64,000 nt of DNA from contig CAVVOF010000003.1 of assembly GCA_963749905.1 (NCBI GenBank), forward strand, positions 980,235-1,044,234, read 5' to 3'. The position numbers were made by a program, and so were the translations under genes. The notes under the pieces are model-generated. The model saw nothing but the letters and a program-made list of their open reading frames with translations, was not told the DNA's origin and did not search any database. Of the stretch, positions 33,573 to 43,789 are shown in pieces (the first letter of the stretch is position 1; each line of letters starts with the position of its first letter). The DNA is from an uncultured Actinomycetota bacterium (GTDB lineage Bacteria; Actinomycetota; Actinomycetes; S36-B12).

Positions 33573-35494
33573 GTGAGCGACGAGGAGTTGTCTACCCGGG
33601 AGCCGGACAACCCTCACCGGGGGCTCAACGTCGCCGATTTTCCTACTCCGTCGGTCTGGTGGTCGGTCCGGAAGGCGATCAGCCTCCTGCCAGCGGAGAA
33701 GCGCCGACTTCTCTTCCTGGCCACTGCCGTCCAGGTCTCTCTGGGCCTGCTTGACCTGCTCGGTATCGCCCTGGTGGGGCTGGTCGCGGCCGTTGCGGTC
33801 TCGGGTATTGGGGTCACGTCGATTCCCTCATGGGCTGAGTCCCTCTTGGCGACCCTGGGGATGGATTCACTGACGATCTCACAACTGTCCGTGATCATCG
33901 CCCTCGCGGCGGTCACGATCCTCGTTCTCAAGACCGGACTGTCGGCGCTCATGTCTCGGCGGATCATGCGGTTTCTCGCCAATCGGCAGGCGGACGTGTC
34001 CGTGCGACTCGCCAGGGCGTTCTTGAGCCGACCGCTGGTAGACGTCCAGCGATGGACGACGCCCGAGGCCATGTACGCACTCGGAAACGGAGTCGGGGCG
34101 GCGACGGTGATGTTGCTGGGGAGCAGCATCACCATCGTGTCGGAGTTGTTCCTGTTCACGATCGTGGGTGGTGCCCTGTTGCTGTACGACCCCGTGCTCA
34201 CGATCATCAGCGCGCTGTTCTTCGTCGGCATCGTCCTGTTCCTCCATCGTGTCCTAGGTCGCTGGTCGGCGCGCAACGCAGAAATGATGCGCAACGCCTC
34301 GATCGACACGCTCACGGCCGTCTCGGAGGCCCTGTCCACGTATCGCGAGTCGACGGTTCTCAACCGGCGCGACCTATACGTCGCGCGGTACGAGGGCCTG
34401 GTCGGCCGGTACGCGAAGGCCACCGCGACAGTTCATTTATCCTCGAGATCCCCAAGTACGTGCTCGAAGCTGCCCTCTATCTGGGGGTCCTACTGCTCGG
34501 CGTCGTCCAGTTCCTGACGAAGGACTGGACGGCTGCCGCGTCCACCGTGGCCGTCTTCCTGGCTGCGGGTTCCCGTGTCATCCCATCGCTGCTTCGGCTG
34601 CAGGGGGCTGGCATCACCATCCGAAACGCGAGCGTGCAGGCGCAGCCCACATTCTTCATGTCCGACTACCTGCAACGGCAGCCGCACGAGAGCAGACAGG
34701 CCCGACTGCCCGGGTCACGGCCGCGGAGATCCATCGCCACGTCGTGACGGGCTATCCCGACTTCGATGCGGCGGTCAGGTGGTGGACGTGACGCTCACCT
34801 ATCGGATGCCGCGCTGCCGGCTCTCATCGAGGCATCGTTCACCGCGACACCGGCACGTCGGTCGCCCTTGTCGGCTCGACGGGCGCAGGCAAGTCGACAC
34901 TCGCTGACGTCGTGCTCGGCGTACTCGCGCCTCAGCCGGGCACTGTCCTCATCGGCGGTGTGCCTCCGCGCGAGGCCATCGACCGCTGGCCGGGAGCGAT
35001 CTCCTACGTTCCGCAGGCCGTCGCTCTGGTCGCGGGTTCCGTGCGGGAGAACGTCGCCCTGGGCCTGCCCAGCGAGGCGATCGATGACGAACTGGTGTGG
35101 GACGCACTTCGACGGGCCCATCTCGACGACTTCCTGATCGAGAGCCGTGAGGGTCTCGACACCATGATCGGCGAGCGTGGGTTCCGGCTCAGCGGGGGAC
35201 AGCGCCAGCGCCTGGGCATCGCCCGTGCGCTGTACACCGGCCCTCGCCTGCTCGTGCTGGACGAGGCCACGAGCGCCCTCGACGCCGAGACCGAGCAGGC
35301 GATCATCCGGACTCTCACCGAGCTGGAGGGCAAGGTCACTACGATCACGGTTGCGCACCGGCTCGCGACCGTCCGGTTCGCCGATCAGGTGATCTATTTG
35401 GAGCAGGGGAGGGTGCGGAGCCAGGGGCACCTTTGAGGACGTCCGCTCGAAGGTAGATGACTTCGATCGTGCCGCTGCGCTGCTTGGGCTGTAG
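33573..35494 (+). CDS. ABC exporter, fused TMD-NBD (MsbA/PglK-like; frameshifts)
   Basis: TM domain; Walker A (GSTGAGKSTLAD); YVPQ; GERGFRLSGGQRQRLGIARAL; LDEATSALD; VAHRL. Confidence 0.9.
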
Positions 35495-35497
35495 GAG

Positions 35498-37239
35498 TCA
35501 GTCACGGCTGCGTGAGCTCATGCGGTACAGATCGTACTGAGTGAAATCGCTGATGATGACGTCCCGCGCCTCATCCACGATCGTCAGCGTGGATGAGGGC
35601 ACCGCCGTATCATCGATCGGTTGCCCAAGGTCCGTGCAGACCAAGGCGATCGAGGGGTCTCGGTCTTGCCGGGCTCGTTCCATTCCGAATGACCAGTCGA
35701 CCCAGGAGGCGCTGTCGGAGAGATAGCGGCCGGTCCACACGGCGAAGAGCCCGTCTGGGCAGACGAACCTCGTCGATGCCGGCCGGAGGTCGCCGAGCAG
35801 TCGATCGACCGCGGAAACGGAGCCGGCAAGTTCCCGCTGGATCATCATGCCTGTCAGTACTCCGGAGTCGATGGTGACGCGAGGCTTGCTGAAGTAGGTC
35901 AGGCCGGTCCCGACGCCGACGATCAGGTAAGGCACCGTGAACAGCGCGATTAGCCAGGTCTGCGCCTCGCGCGGCTGCCAGAGGCGCATGGCCATGGCCA
36001 GCAGTGCGAGGGGTACGGGAGCGGCCCACCATAGGTGATTGGGATCGGCGATAGGGAAGAGTTGCACGAGCGATGCGGAGCCCAACAGGATGAGGACGAC
36101 GAAGGCCTCCGCTGGGTCTGACCGTTGCGACTCGAGTCCAGTCGCTCCGAAGTAGCGTCCCGACGCCCGACGGATCACGAAGGCAGCGGTGAGGGCAATG
36201 GTGAGGACCGCCGTCAGGAACAACGGCTGCTGGGCCTGCACGTCTAGGGCCGGCGCCCAGGTGAGTCGCTCGAGGATGACACTGCGCAGCGGGGACCTCT
36301 CTAGCGACGTAGATGCCCACAGGGTGAGCCCCGCTAGCGCGAGGACTCCCGCGACCCGCATGAGGACTTTCGCTGAGGGTCGAAGGCGGCCAAGCAGCCA
36401 CACCGCGCCCAGGCTGGCGAGGAGCGGCAGGATCCCCCACAGGTAGGCGCTCTTGAGGTACACCCATGGCGAGATGTTCTGGCTCGCGTCACCAGAGAGT
36501 GGCGACAGGATGGCTTGGTCCAAGTACGGGAGCAGGGCAGACTGGGCGGCGAGACGAGGACCATGATCGCCCAGACCGCACCCATGGCAAGGACCCCGAA
36601 GAACGCTTCCCGGCGGCTGATGGCGATGCGATGGCGGAGGATGAGCAGGGCCACCAGCAAGGCGACCAGCAGTGGAATCCCGTAGTTGGTGCGTGTGACC
36701 ACGGCGAGAGCCAGTTGGGCTCCCACGGCGATAGCGAGGATTGGCCTGGGCGCTCCGGCACGTATGCGGAAGAGGAGCAGCAGGACCATGACGAGCTGGA
36801 GCACGAGGAACGTAACGGACGGCCACGGCTGAAGCGGCGTTCCCCAGATGACGGCCTGTCCTGGCCACATGACGACCCACGAGAGTGAAATCGCCGCCGA
36901 TCCAACGGTGGGAACGCTGACGAGCCTCAGGATGACATAGAGCAGCAGGGTGGCAAGGACCAGGAGCGCGGCCATCTCGATTCGGACAACGAGGAGCGTC
37001 GACCCGAAGACATCGACCGCCATCGCGTGCAGCCACGTCGTGATCGGCCCGTACTGGTTGAAGACGTCCCGGTGGATCACGAGTCCTTCGGCGACCGCGA
37101 TCGCGGGTGCCATCTGCGCCCCGTCGTGGTATGGGTCTGGATCCATCCGCGCAGCGCTGAGGAACACGGCGGCCGAGACAGCCGTAACACCTACGACTGC
37201 CGCCAGGTCCCCGCGGCGCCGCCGCCAGGACACGGGCAT
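35498..37239 (-). CDS. Polytopic membrane protein, GT-C-like (frameshift near 36540)
   Basis: DPDPYHDG..GLVIHRDVFNQYGP after TM1, many TMs, FPIADPNHLWW, C-terminal soluble domain. Confidence 0.6.
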
Positions 37240-38170
37240 CACCGGTCGCCCCTTCTCGGAGCGTGTCGGCGCCAGGTGGCACGCAGCTTGGCTCGCGACA
37301 CTCCGACGGCTCACCGTAGGACAGGTAGGGCGCCAACGATTCGGGCTTGGAGGCGTGCGGATCCACCAGGCCGATGTCCCGAGAGAAGTTCGAGTTGATG
37401 AGCACAGCCAGGTATCCGCGGGCGATGTCCTCCACCTGCACGCCCCGCATCAGGTACTCGAGGTGCTGGCTCTCGTTGTGGAACACCTTGACCAGGGGCT
37501 CACGCTGGTGGATCGGGATGACCGCGGTCTTCTGCAGCCACAGGTTGTACCAGCTGAACTCGTATGGCGAGACGGACAAGGCGTCCCGGTAGTCCCAGCC
37601 CCGCGGTGCAAGGAAGTCGTTGACAAGCGAGCGAAGGACCACCGCGGAGAACACCTGGTGCCCGTGACACGTCCGGAGAACGGGGTCGGTGAAGTCGATC
37701 TCATCCGCGATTCGCCGGATCATCCGCTCGCGCTCGACCCAGTGCTCCCGGAAGTATCGAGGCTCCACCTTCAGCTCGTTGTCCTCGACGAGCACCGTGT
37801 AGGGAAACCCGTCAGGGGCGACGAAATCCGAGCGAGTGAAGTCCCGGATGAAGACCGCCTCCGAGTCGACGCAGAAGTAGTCCTCCGCTGCACCGAGCTC
37901 CCAGAAGGACAACTTGACGATCTCCTGGTTGATGTAGCCGGCCCGGTATCCGTTCAGTGGTTCCGAGACCAGGTGATCGCCGAGTTCGTTCTCGCTGAGG
38001 ACCGTGACGGACGATGACGCCAGCGGCGAGAAGGCGTCGACATCATCGGGGGGCACGATGCAGAAGAGGGCGATGTCCTCTGCGTTGTGCTCATGGAAGC
38101 TGCGGATCAGCCTCCGCGCGTACTCCAGGTCCGGCCCGAAGGACTTGAGGAGCATCGCGAAGGGCGCCAC
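37239..38170 (-). CDS. DUF6492-like putative glycosyltransferase
   Basis: LKSFGPDLEYARRLIRSF, GYINQEIVKLSFW, YFCVDSE..FIRDF (DXD-like), YEFSWYN; 3' end is frameshifted. Confidence 0.6.
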
Positions 38171-38172
38171 CC

Positions 38173-39057
38173 CTACTCCGCGTCTCGAACGGCCTCGATG
38201 ACGCCTGCCGAGCACAGGAACATGCCGCGCCAGGTGCCTTCATGCTCCATCTCGAAGGCGGCTCGCCGGTACGCCTCGGTGCCGATCGTGGCCTCCAGCA
38301 TCGGCGGTGCCGGATGGTAGTGGTACCAGTGGAACTGCACGTCGTGGTACCCGCACGCACGCACGGTGTCCGCGAGTTCGAAGGGGTTGTGGAAGCGGGA
38401 CAGGATCTCGTCGTAGCCGGGCTTGCCATCGGTGCCGACGCGCCGCGGCGGCTTGTCCACGGCCAACCGGCGGTCGAGCTCAGCCTCCACGACGGCTCGG
38501 ACCTCAGCCGGCACTCCCGCTAGGAGCTCGTCGAGGAAGAACTCCTTCGTCGGGCGGTTGAGGGTGTACAGGGAGAACATGGAGTTGCGAAACTCCAGGA
38601 AGATGCGGCCGCCGGGCTTGGTGAACATGGACATCGAGTCAATGAAGCGGACATCGTCGGGGACGTGGGGGATGACGCCCAGGGCCATGACCGCGTCGAA
38701 CTGCCCGAACCGGTCGAGGTGCCCCTGGAGCGACGAAGGATCATCGCCGTCGGCCAGGCTGATCAGATCGGGATCGAGGCCTGCGGCCGAGAAGTTCGAC
38801 CGGGCCGCCTCCACCATCGCGGGGGCGACGTCGCACCCGGCAACTGTCAGGCCAGCCCTGGAGGCCGCGATCAGTGGTGAACCCTCCCCTGCGCCGATGT
38901 CGTAGATCGACGTACAGCCGGTCTCCTGCAGACGCCGGATGACCATCTCTAGACGGAAGAAGTTGGCCGGGTAGGTGGGGTGAGACATCAGCCGCTCGCG
39001 CTGATACTGCTCGGAGTAGCCCGCGGCGATGTCGTCGTAGTACGAGGCGATGGACAT
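38173..39057 (-). CDS. Class I SAM-dependent methyltransferase
   Basis: YYDDIA, IYDIGAGEG, GCDVAPAMV, FDAVMALGVIPH, KPGG; intact. Confidence 0.88.
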   Translation of the reverse strand: MSIASYYDDIAAGYSEQYQRERLMSHPTYPANFFRLEMVIRRLQETGCTSIYDIGAGEGSPLIAASRAGLTVAGCDVAPAMVEAARSNFSAAGLDPDLISLADGDDPSSLQGHLDRFGQFDAVMALGVIPHVPDDVRFIDSMSMFTKPGGRIFLEFRNSMFSLYTLNRPTKEFFLDELLAGVPAEVRAVVEAELDRRLAVDKPPRRVGTDGKPGYDEILSRFHNPFELADTVRACGYHDVQFHWYHYHPAPPMLEATIGTEAYRRAAFEMEHEGTWRGMFLCSAGVIEAVRDAE

Positions 39058-39075
39058 GTCCCTACGATAGCCAGC
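39058..39075. promoter_or_regulatory. Bidirectional leaderless promoter with overlapping -10 boxes
   Basis: TACGAT on + (39063-39068) lies 7 nt before GTG at 39076. TATCGT on - (39069-39064) lies 6 nt before ATG at 39057. Confidence 0.7.
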
Positions 39076-39876
39076 GTGGTGGATCCGAGCAGTGCGCGGC
39101 GGGTGCTGCTCGTCGTCGCCACCCTGGGGCAGCGCACCGCATTCCTGCGCGAGACCCTCGACTCGATCCGGACGCAGGCGGTGCCGGCGGACATCGTCGT
39201 CGTGGCCCCGGAGTCGTCTGAGCCCACTCGGGCACTTGCCGACGAGTTCGGCTGTCTGTTCGTGCCTGATCCGGGCAGCCTCACGTCGGCCATCAACCTG
39301 GGGGTCAGAGCCGGCCTCCGCGGTCACGAGTTCGTCAACTGGCTGAATGACGATGACGTGCTCGAGGCGGGTTCGCTCGCGGCGACGTCAGGGCTGCTGG
39401 ATTCCGATCCGGCAGCAGTGGTCGCATACGGCGCCTGCCGGTACATCGACCCCGAGGGTCGTGAGCTGTGGGTCAGCCGTGCTGGTCCGTGGGCGAACCG
39501 GATCCTCGGGTGGGGACCGGACCTGATACCTCAGCCCGGCATGCTGGTCAGGGCCTCGGCCTGGGTGGACGTTGGCGGGGTGGACGAGTCCTTCCGGTTC
39601 GCGTTCGACCTCGATCTGCTCCTGCGGCTCAGGCGCCTGGGTGCGCTGCGGGACACCGGCGCGGTCGTCTCTGCCTTCCGCTGGCATGAGGACTCGCTGA
39701 CCGTCGGGGACCGCAGCCAGTCCCTCGCCGAGTCTGAGCGAGCGAAGCGCGCCGCTCTCGGCCCGACGGCGCGCCGGCTGGCATGGGTGTGGGAAGGCCC
39801 GGTGCGCGTCGCCACCCGGATGGCCGCCCGGGAAGTCAGTCGCCGCGCCCGACGCGTTGCCCAGGGCCACGGCTAG
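39076..39876 (+). CDS. GT2 glycosyltransferase
   Basis: LVVATLGQR, AINLG, WLNDDDVL, IPQPG, GGVDESFRFAFDLDL; intact. Confidence 0.88.
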   Translation: MVDPSSARRVLLVVATLGQRTAFLRETLDSIRTQAVPADIVVVAPESSEPTRALADEFGCLFVPDPGSLTSAINLGVRAGLRGHEFVNWLNDDDVLEAGSLAATSGLLDSDPAAVVAYGACRYIDPEGRELWVSRAGPWANRILGWGPDLIPQPGMLVRASAWVDVGGVDESFRFAFDLDLLLRLRRLGALRDTGAVVSAFRWHEDSLTVGDRSQSLAESERAKRAALGPTARRLAWVWEGPVRVATRMAAREVSRRARRVAQGHG

Positions 39877-39910
39877 ACTCGGGCGGTCTGTCGGCGGGAA
39901 GGGCGTTCGC

Positions 39911-40894
39911 GTGTCGGAGTTCGATGGCTCGTCCATCCTCATCACCGGTGGCACCGGTTCGTTCGGCAAGGCGTTCCTCGCCGGGATCCTGGCGGCCCAC
40001 GACCCGCATCGGGTGATCGTCTACTCGCGCGATGAACTCAAGCAGTACGAGATGCGCGCCACCTTCGGCGACGATCTTCGCGTGCGATTCTTCATCGGGG
40101 ACATCCGGGACCGGGATCGACTGCGAATGGCCCTCCACGGCGTCGACTACGTCGTGCATGCTGCGGCGCTGAAGCAGGTGGACACCGCGGAGTACAACCC
40201 GATGGAGTTCGTCAAGACGAACATCCTCGGGTCGGAGAACGTCATCATGGCCGCACTCGATGCCGGGGTGAAGAAGGTCGTCGCGCTCTCCACAGACAAG
40301 GCGTCGTCGCCTATCAACCTCTACGGAGCCACGAAGCTGACCGCCGACAAGCTGTTCGTGTCGGCCAACCACTACGGCTCGAGCTACGGGACGACCTTCT
40401 CCGTGGTCCGCTATGGCAACGTCATGGGCAGTCGTGGGTCGGTCATCCCGTACTTCCGCTCCCTGGCGCAGAAGGGGGAGCCCCTGACGATCACGGACGC
40501 CCGAATGACGCGGTTCTGGATCACGCTCCCGCAAGCCGTCGACTTCGTGATGCGCAGCTTCGAGGTGATGGTCGGCGGGGAGCTCTACGTTCCCCGTATC
40601 CCCAGCACGCGGATCATCGACCTTGCGGAGGCCATCGCGCCGGGGTCACCCACGATCGAAACGGGCATTCGCCCCGGGGAGAAACTGCACGAGGAGATGA
40701 TCTCGGTCGAGGATGCCCGTAGGACCATCCGCCAGGACGACCGGTACATCGTTCTGCCGACGTTGGCGGAGTGGAACTTCACGCCGCCAACCGGCGAGGC
40801 AGTTCCGGAGGGCTTCGCGTACGCCTCCGACACCAACGAGCAGTGGCTCGACGTCAGGGAGATCAGGGCGCTGCTGGACCAGCTGGGGCTCTGA
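39911..40894 (+). CDS. pseB: UDP-N-acetylglucosamine 4,6-dehydratase (inverting)
   Basis: ILITGGTGSFG, YSRDELKQY, HAAALKQVDTAEYNP, LSTDKASSPINLYGATKL, VRYGNVMGSRGSV, MTRFWITL, GIRPGEKLHE. Confidence 0.95.
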   Translation: MSEFDGSSILITGGTGSFGKAFLAGILAAHDPHRVIVYSRDELKQYEMRATFGDDLRVRFFIGDIRDRDRLRMALHGVDYVVHAAALKQVDTAEYNPMEFVKTNILGSENVIMAALDAGVKKVVALSTDKASSPINLYGATKLTADKLFVSANHYGSSYGTTFSVVRYGNVMGSRGSVIPYFRSLAQKGEPLTITDARMTRFWITLPQAVDFVMRSFEVMVGGELYVPRIPSTRIIDLAEAIAPGSPTIETGIRPGEKLHEEMISVEDARRTIRQDDRYIVLPTLAEWNFTPPTGEAVPEGFAYASDTNEQWLDVREIRALLDQLGL

Positions 40895-40899
40895 CGCGG

Positions 40900-42054
40900 T
40901 CAGTTGAGCGCACTGAGCACCGCGTCGATCACCTGGTCGACCTCCGTGTCCGACAGCCTCGTATGCATCGGCAGGGAGATCTCGCGACGGTAGTACTCCT
41001 CTGCGCGCGGGCAGAGCCCTCGCGGATATCGCGAGGAGTCGAACGCCGGATGCCAGTAGGCCGGAATGTAGTTCACCTGGACGCCGATACCAGCATCGCG
41101 AAGGCTGACGAACGCTTCCGTCCGACGATCCTCAGGGACCCGGAGCGGGTAGAGGTGCCACATTGGGTCCACATCGGCCTCGGCGAAGGGGACGCGCACT
41201 CCCGGAAGAGTCACGAAGGCCTCGTCATAGCGTGACTTGATCTCCCCGCGCCTCGCCTTGAAGGAGGCGAGACGGCGCAGCTGGCTGGTGCCGAGGGCAG
41301 CGAGCAGGTCGGGGAGGCGGTAGTTCAGCCCGAACTCGTGTACCTCCTGGTGCCACGGCCCCTCGGTGGTGATGCGGAACTCGGACGGGTCGCGCACGAG
41401 TCCCTGTCGAGCGAATCGACGGGCCCGGTCGAGTAGCGCGGGGTCGCGGGCGAGCACGGCGCCGCCCTCGCCGGTGGTGACATTCTTCGTGGGGAAGAAC
41501 GACAGGGTGGTCAGGTCGGCAAGTGTTCCGACGGGCCGGCCACGGAAGACCGTGCCGATGCTGTGGGCCGCGTCCTCGATGAGCAGCAGCCCGCGCTCGT
41601 CGCACAGCGCCCTGAGCGCGTCCATGTCGGCAGGATGACCGGCGTAGTCGACGGCCGTGATCGCCCGAGTGCGGGGGGTCACCGCGGCGGCGGCGGCGCC
41701 GACATCGAGACACCCCGTGTCCGAGCTGACGTCGGCGAAGACGATGTCCGCCCCCAGGAGCGCGGCGGTGGCCTGGGTTGCCACGAAGGTCAGTGGTGGT
41801 GTGATGACCTCGTCGCCGGGGCCGATGCCCGCAGCCGCGTAGGCCACATGCAGGGCGGCGGTGCCCGACGACACGGCTACGGCCGGGGCGCCGCAGATGG
41901 CGCTGATGGCAGCCTCGAATTCGGCCACGGCAGGTCCGGTGGTGAGCCAGTCGCCCTTCAGGACGGCCTCCACGGCCTCGACGTCTGCGGCGTCGATGTC
42001 ATGACGGCCGTATGGGATCACCGACGTCGCCTCTCGTCGTGGGGATGGGCTCAT
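40900..42054 (-). CDS. pseC: UDP-4-amino-4,6-dideoxy-N-acetyl-beta-L-altrosamine transaminase (DegT/DnrJ family)
   Basis: IPYGRHDID, DWLTTGP, SSGTAALH, IEDAAHS, SFFPTKNVTTGEGG, GLNYRL, QVNYIP, ISLPMH. Start may instead be GTG at 42021. Confidence 0.9.
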   Translation of the reverse strand: MSPSPRREATSVIPYGRHDIDAADVEAVEAVLKGDWLTTGPAVAEFEAAISAICGAPAVAVSSGTAALHVAYAAAGIGPGDEVITPPLTFVATQATAALLGADIVFADVSSDTGCLDVGAAAAAVTPRTRAITAVDYAGHPADMDALRALCDERGLLLIEDAAHSIGTVFRGRPVGTLADLTTLSFFPTKNVTTGEGGAVLARDPALLDRARRFARQGLVRDPSEFRITTEGPWHQEVHEFGLNYRLPDLLAALGTSQLRRLASFKARRGEIKSRYDEAFVTLPGVRVPFAEADVDPMWHLYPLRVPEDRRTEAFVSLRDAGIGVQVNYIPAYWHPAFDSSRYPRGLCPRAEEYYRREISLPMHTRLSDTEVDQVIDAVLSALN

Positions 42055-42130
42055 GCTAGGCCTTCCTCGCCATGCAGCGTCAGCATGCTGTTCGTTGTGG
42101 TCGCGGGTCACGGTCACCTAGCATGCGGTG

Positions 42131-43750
42131 ATGCAGAGCGACGGTGGTGGCGCACGTCGCGTGTTGTCTGTCCTTGCTGTCGCTTTGGGCCTGCTCTTCA
42201 TGGGGGTCGCGTGGGCCTTTGCCTCACCCGTCGGCTCGAGCGCAGACGAGGGCTTTCACCTGGCATCCACGTGGTGTGCGTGGGGCGACCATGAGGACTG
42301 CGTGCGGGACGCGGACGACGGCAGCGTGCAAGTGCCCCAACAGGTAGCCGAAGCAGACTGTTTCGCGCTGAAGGACGAGTTGAACGCCCGCTGCACGTGG
42401 CTCCTGACAGACGCCCTCGTGCGCACTGAGGAGGTGAATCCGCCAGCCGGGGTCTATCCGCCGGTGTTCTACTCCACGATGCGCATGTTCGTCGGCCCGG
42501 ACGTGGCGCGGTCCGTGCTCATGATGCGGATGGGCAACGTCGCACTGGCCGCGGTGCTTCTGGCTGTCGCCCTGTGGATCGCCCCTACAGTGGTGCGGCG
42601 AGCGCTGGCGGTCGTCTGGGCTGTCTCACTCATCCCGGTCGGCATCTTCTTCATCGCGTCCGTGAATCCGAGTAGTTGGGCCATCACGGGAGTCGGGATG
42701 TTCTGGGCGTTCGCCTGGACATTGGCACGGAGCCGCTCGTTGCGGTCCCCACGCTCGGTCCTGGCGGTGATCGGAGCGTTGGGCACGGCTGTCATGGCGG
42801 TCGGTTCACGCTCCGACATGGTGCTCCCCATCGGGCTGTCGGTGGCCGCGGTAACGGTCATGGAATGGCGACGCATCCGATCGCGGGTGGCGACGCGCTG
42901 GCTGGCAGTAGGTCTGGCGGTGACCGGTGCGATCCTTGTCGCGGTCGCGTGGGTCTTCCACGTGGGTGGCTACCTCAGTCGGTTCACTCTGTCCTTCCCG
43001 CCCGGCGACGCAGGAACGGATCAGCCGAACCCACTGCTGAAGACCCTGCTGGAGGTGCCGGCGTTCGTGGCGGGCGTCTTCGGCGGTCAGCAACCGTGGA
43101 CGCAACGGGAGAGCATCAACGACTGGGGCCAGCAGGGCTACTCCTGGCACGGTTTCACCTACGGCGTTGGCGCCGTCGACGTGACGAATCCGTCAATCGC
43201 TGCCGTCCTGGCGGGCGCCTGCGCTGCCGGGGTCCTCTTCTTGGGTCTGGGAAGGGCCAGCCGCCGGAAGCTCGTCGTGGTGGCATCTCTGTCTGCCGTG
43301 TTCCTCGGACAGATCGTCCTCATGCGTGCTCTCGTGGGCTTCGGAGCATGGTGGAGCGGCGGCATCCAGTGGTCCCTTCAGCCCCGCTACTTCCTTCCGC
43401 TCGCCATGGTCATCGCCGCTTTCACAGTCGCCGTGTTCCCGCGCGTCGTGCCGTTCCTCACGCGAGCGCAGGCCGGAGTCCTCGCGGTGCTCCTGTCAAT
43501 CGCCTCGGTAACCTCGCTGGCCGGCACCATGGGTCGGTTCGTTCACGGTCAGGACCACTCCTGGGTGCAGCTGGATCCGGATTCCGGCTGGTGGTGGTCG
43601 TGGGGTCTGTCACCCACGGGCTTCGTGATGCTGGGTGGCCTCGCGGGGGTGGCCTACATGGCCGCCTTGATGGTCATCGCCCGTGAGCCAGGGTCCCGAC
43701 CGAGCGCTCGTAGCGACGTCCGGCCGCACGACGCCGTCCCCGCCGAGTGA
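42131..43750 (+). CDS. DUF2142 family membrane protein (putative GT-C glycosyltransferase)
   Basis: PVGSSADEGFH, YPPVFY, SVNPSSW, QPRYFLP; many TMs; TAGCAT 6 nt before ATG. Confidence 0.8.
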   Translation: MQSDGGGARRVLSVLAVALGLLFMGVAWAFASPVGSSADEGFHLASTWCAWGDHEDCVRDADDGSVQVPQQVAEADCFALKDELNARCTWLLTDALVRTEEVNPPAGVYPPVFYSTMRMFVGPDVARSVLMMRMGNVALAAVLLAVALWIAPTVVRRALAVVWAVSLIPVGIFFIASVNPSSWAITGVGMFWAFAWTLARSRSLRSPRSVLAVIGALGTAVMAVGSRSDMVLPIGLSVAAVTVMEWRRIRSRVATRWLAVGLAVTGAILVAVAWVFHVGGYLSRFTLSFPPGDAGTDQPNPLLKTLLEVPAFVAGVFGGQQPWTQRESINDWGQQGYSWHGFTYGVGAVDVTNPSIAAVLAGACAAGVLFLGLGRASRRKLVVVASLSAVFLGQIVLMRALVGFGAWWSGGIQWSLQPRYFLPLAMVIAAFTVAVFPRVVPFLTRAQAGVLAVLLSIASVTSLAGTMGRFVHGQDHSWVQLDPDSGWWWSWGLSPTGFVMLGGLAGVAYMAALMVIAREPGSRPSARSDVRPHDAVPAE

Positions 43751-43789
43751 GTCGGTCGGCAGGAGCAGTGCGCATCGTCGTGCGCCCCA

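Noticed and set aside
35498-38215. Apparent 905-aa DUF6492-membrane protein fusion
   Set aside because: The middle of the ORF is off-frame, low-complexity Arg/Pro/Gly sequence. The real membrane N-terminus is in the 36334-37314 frame, so these are two genes joined by indels.
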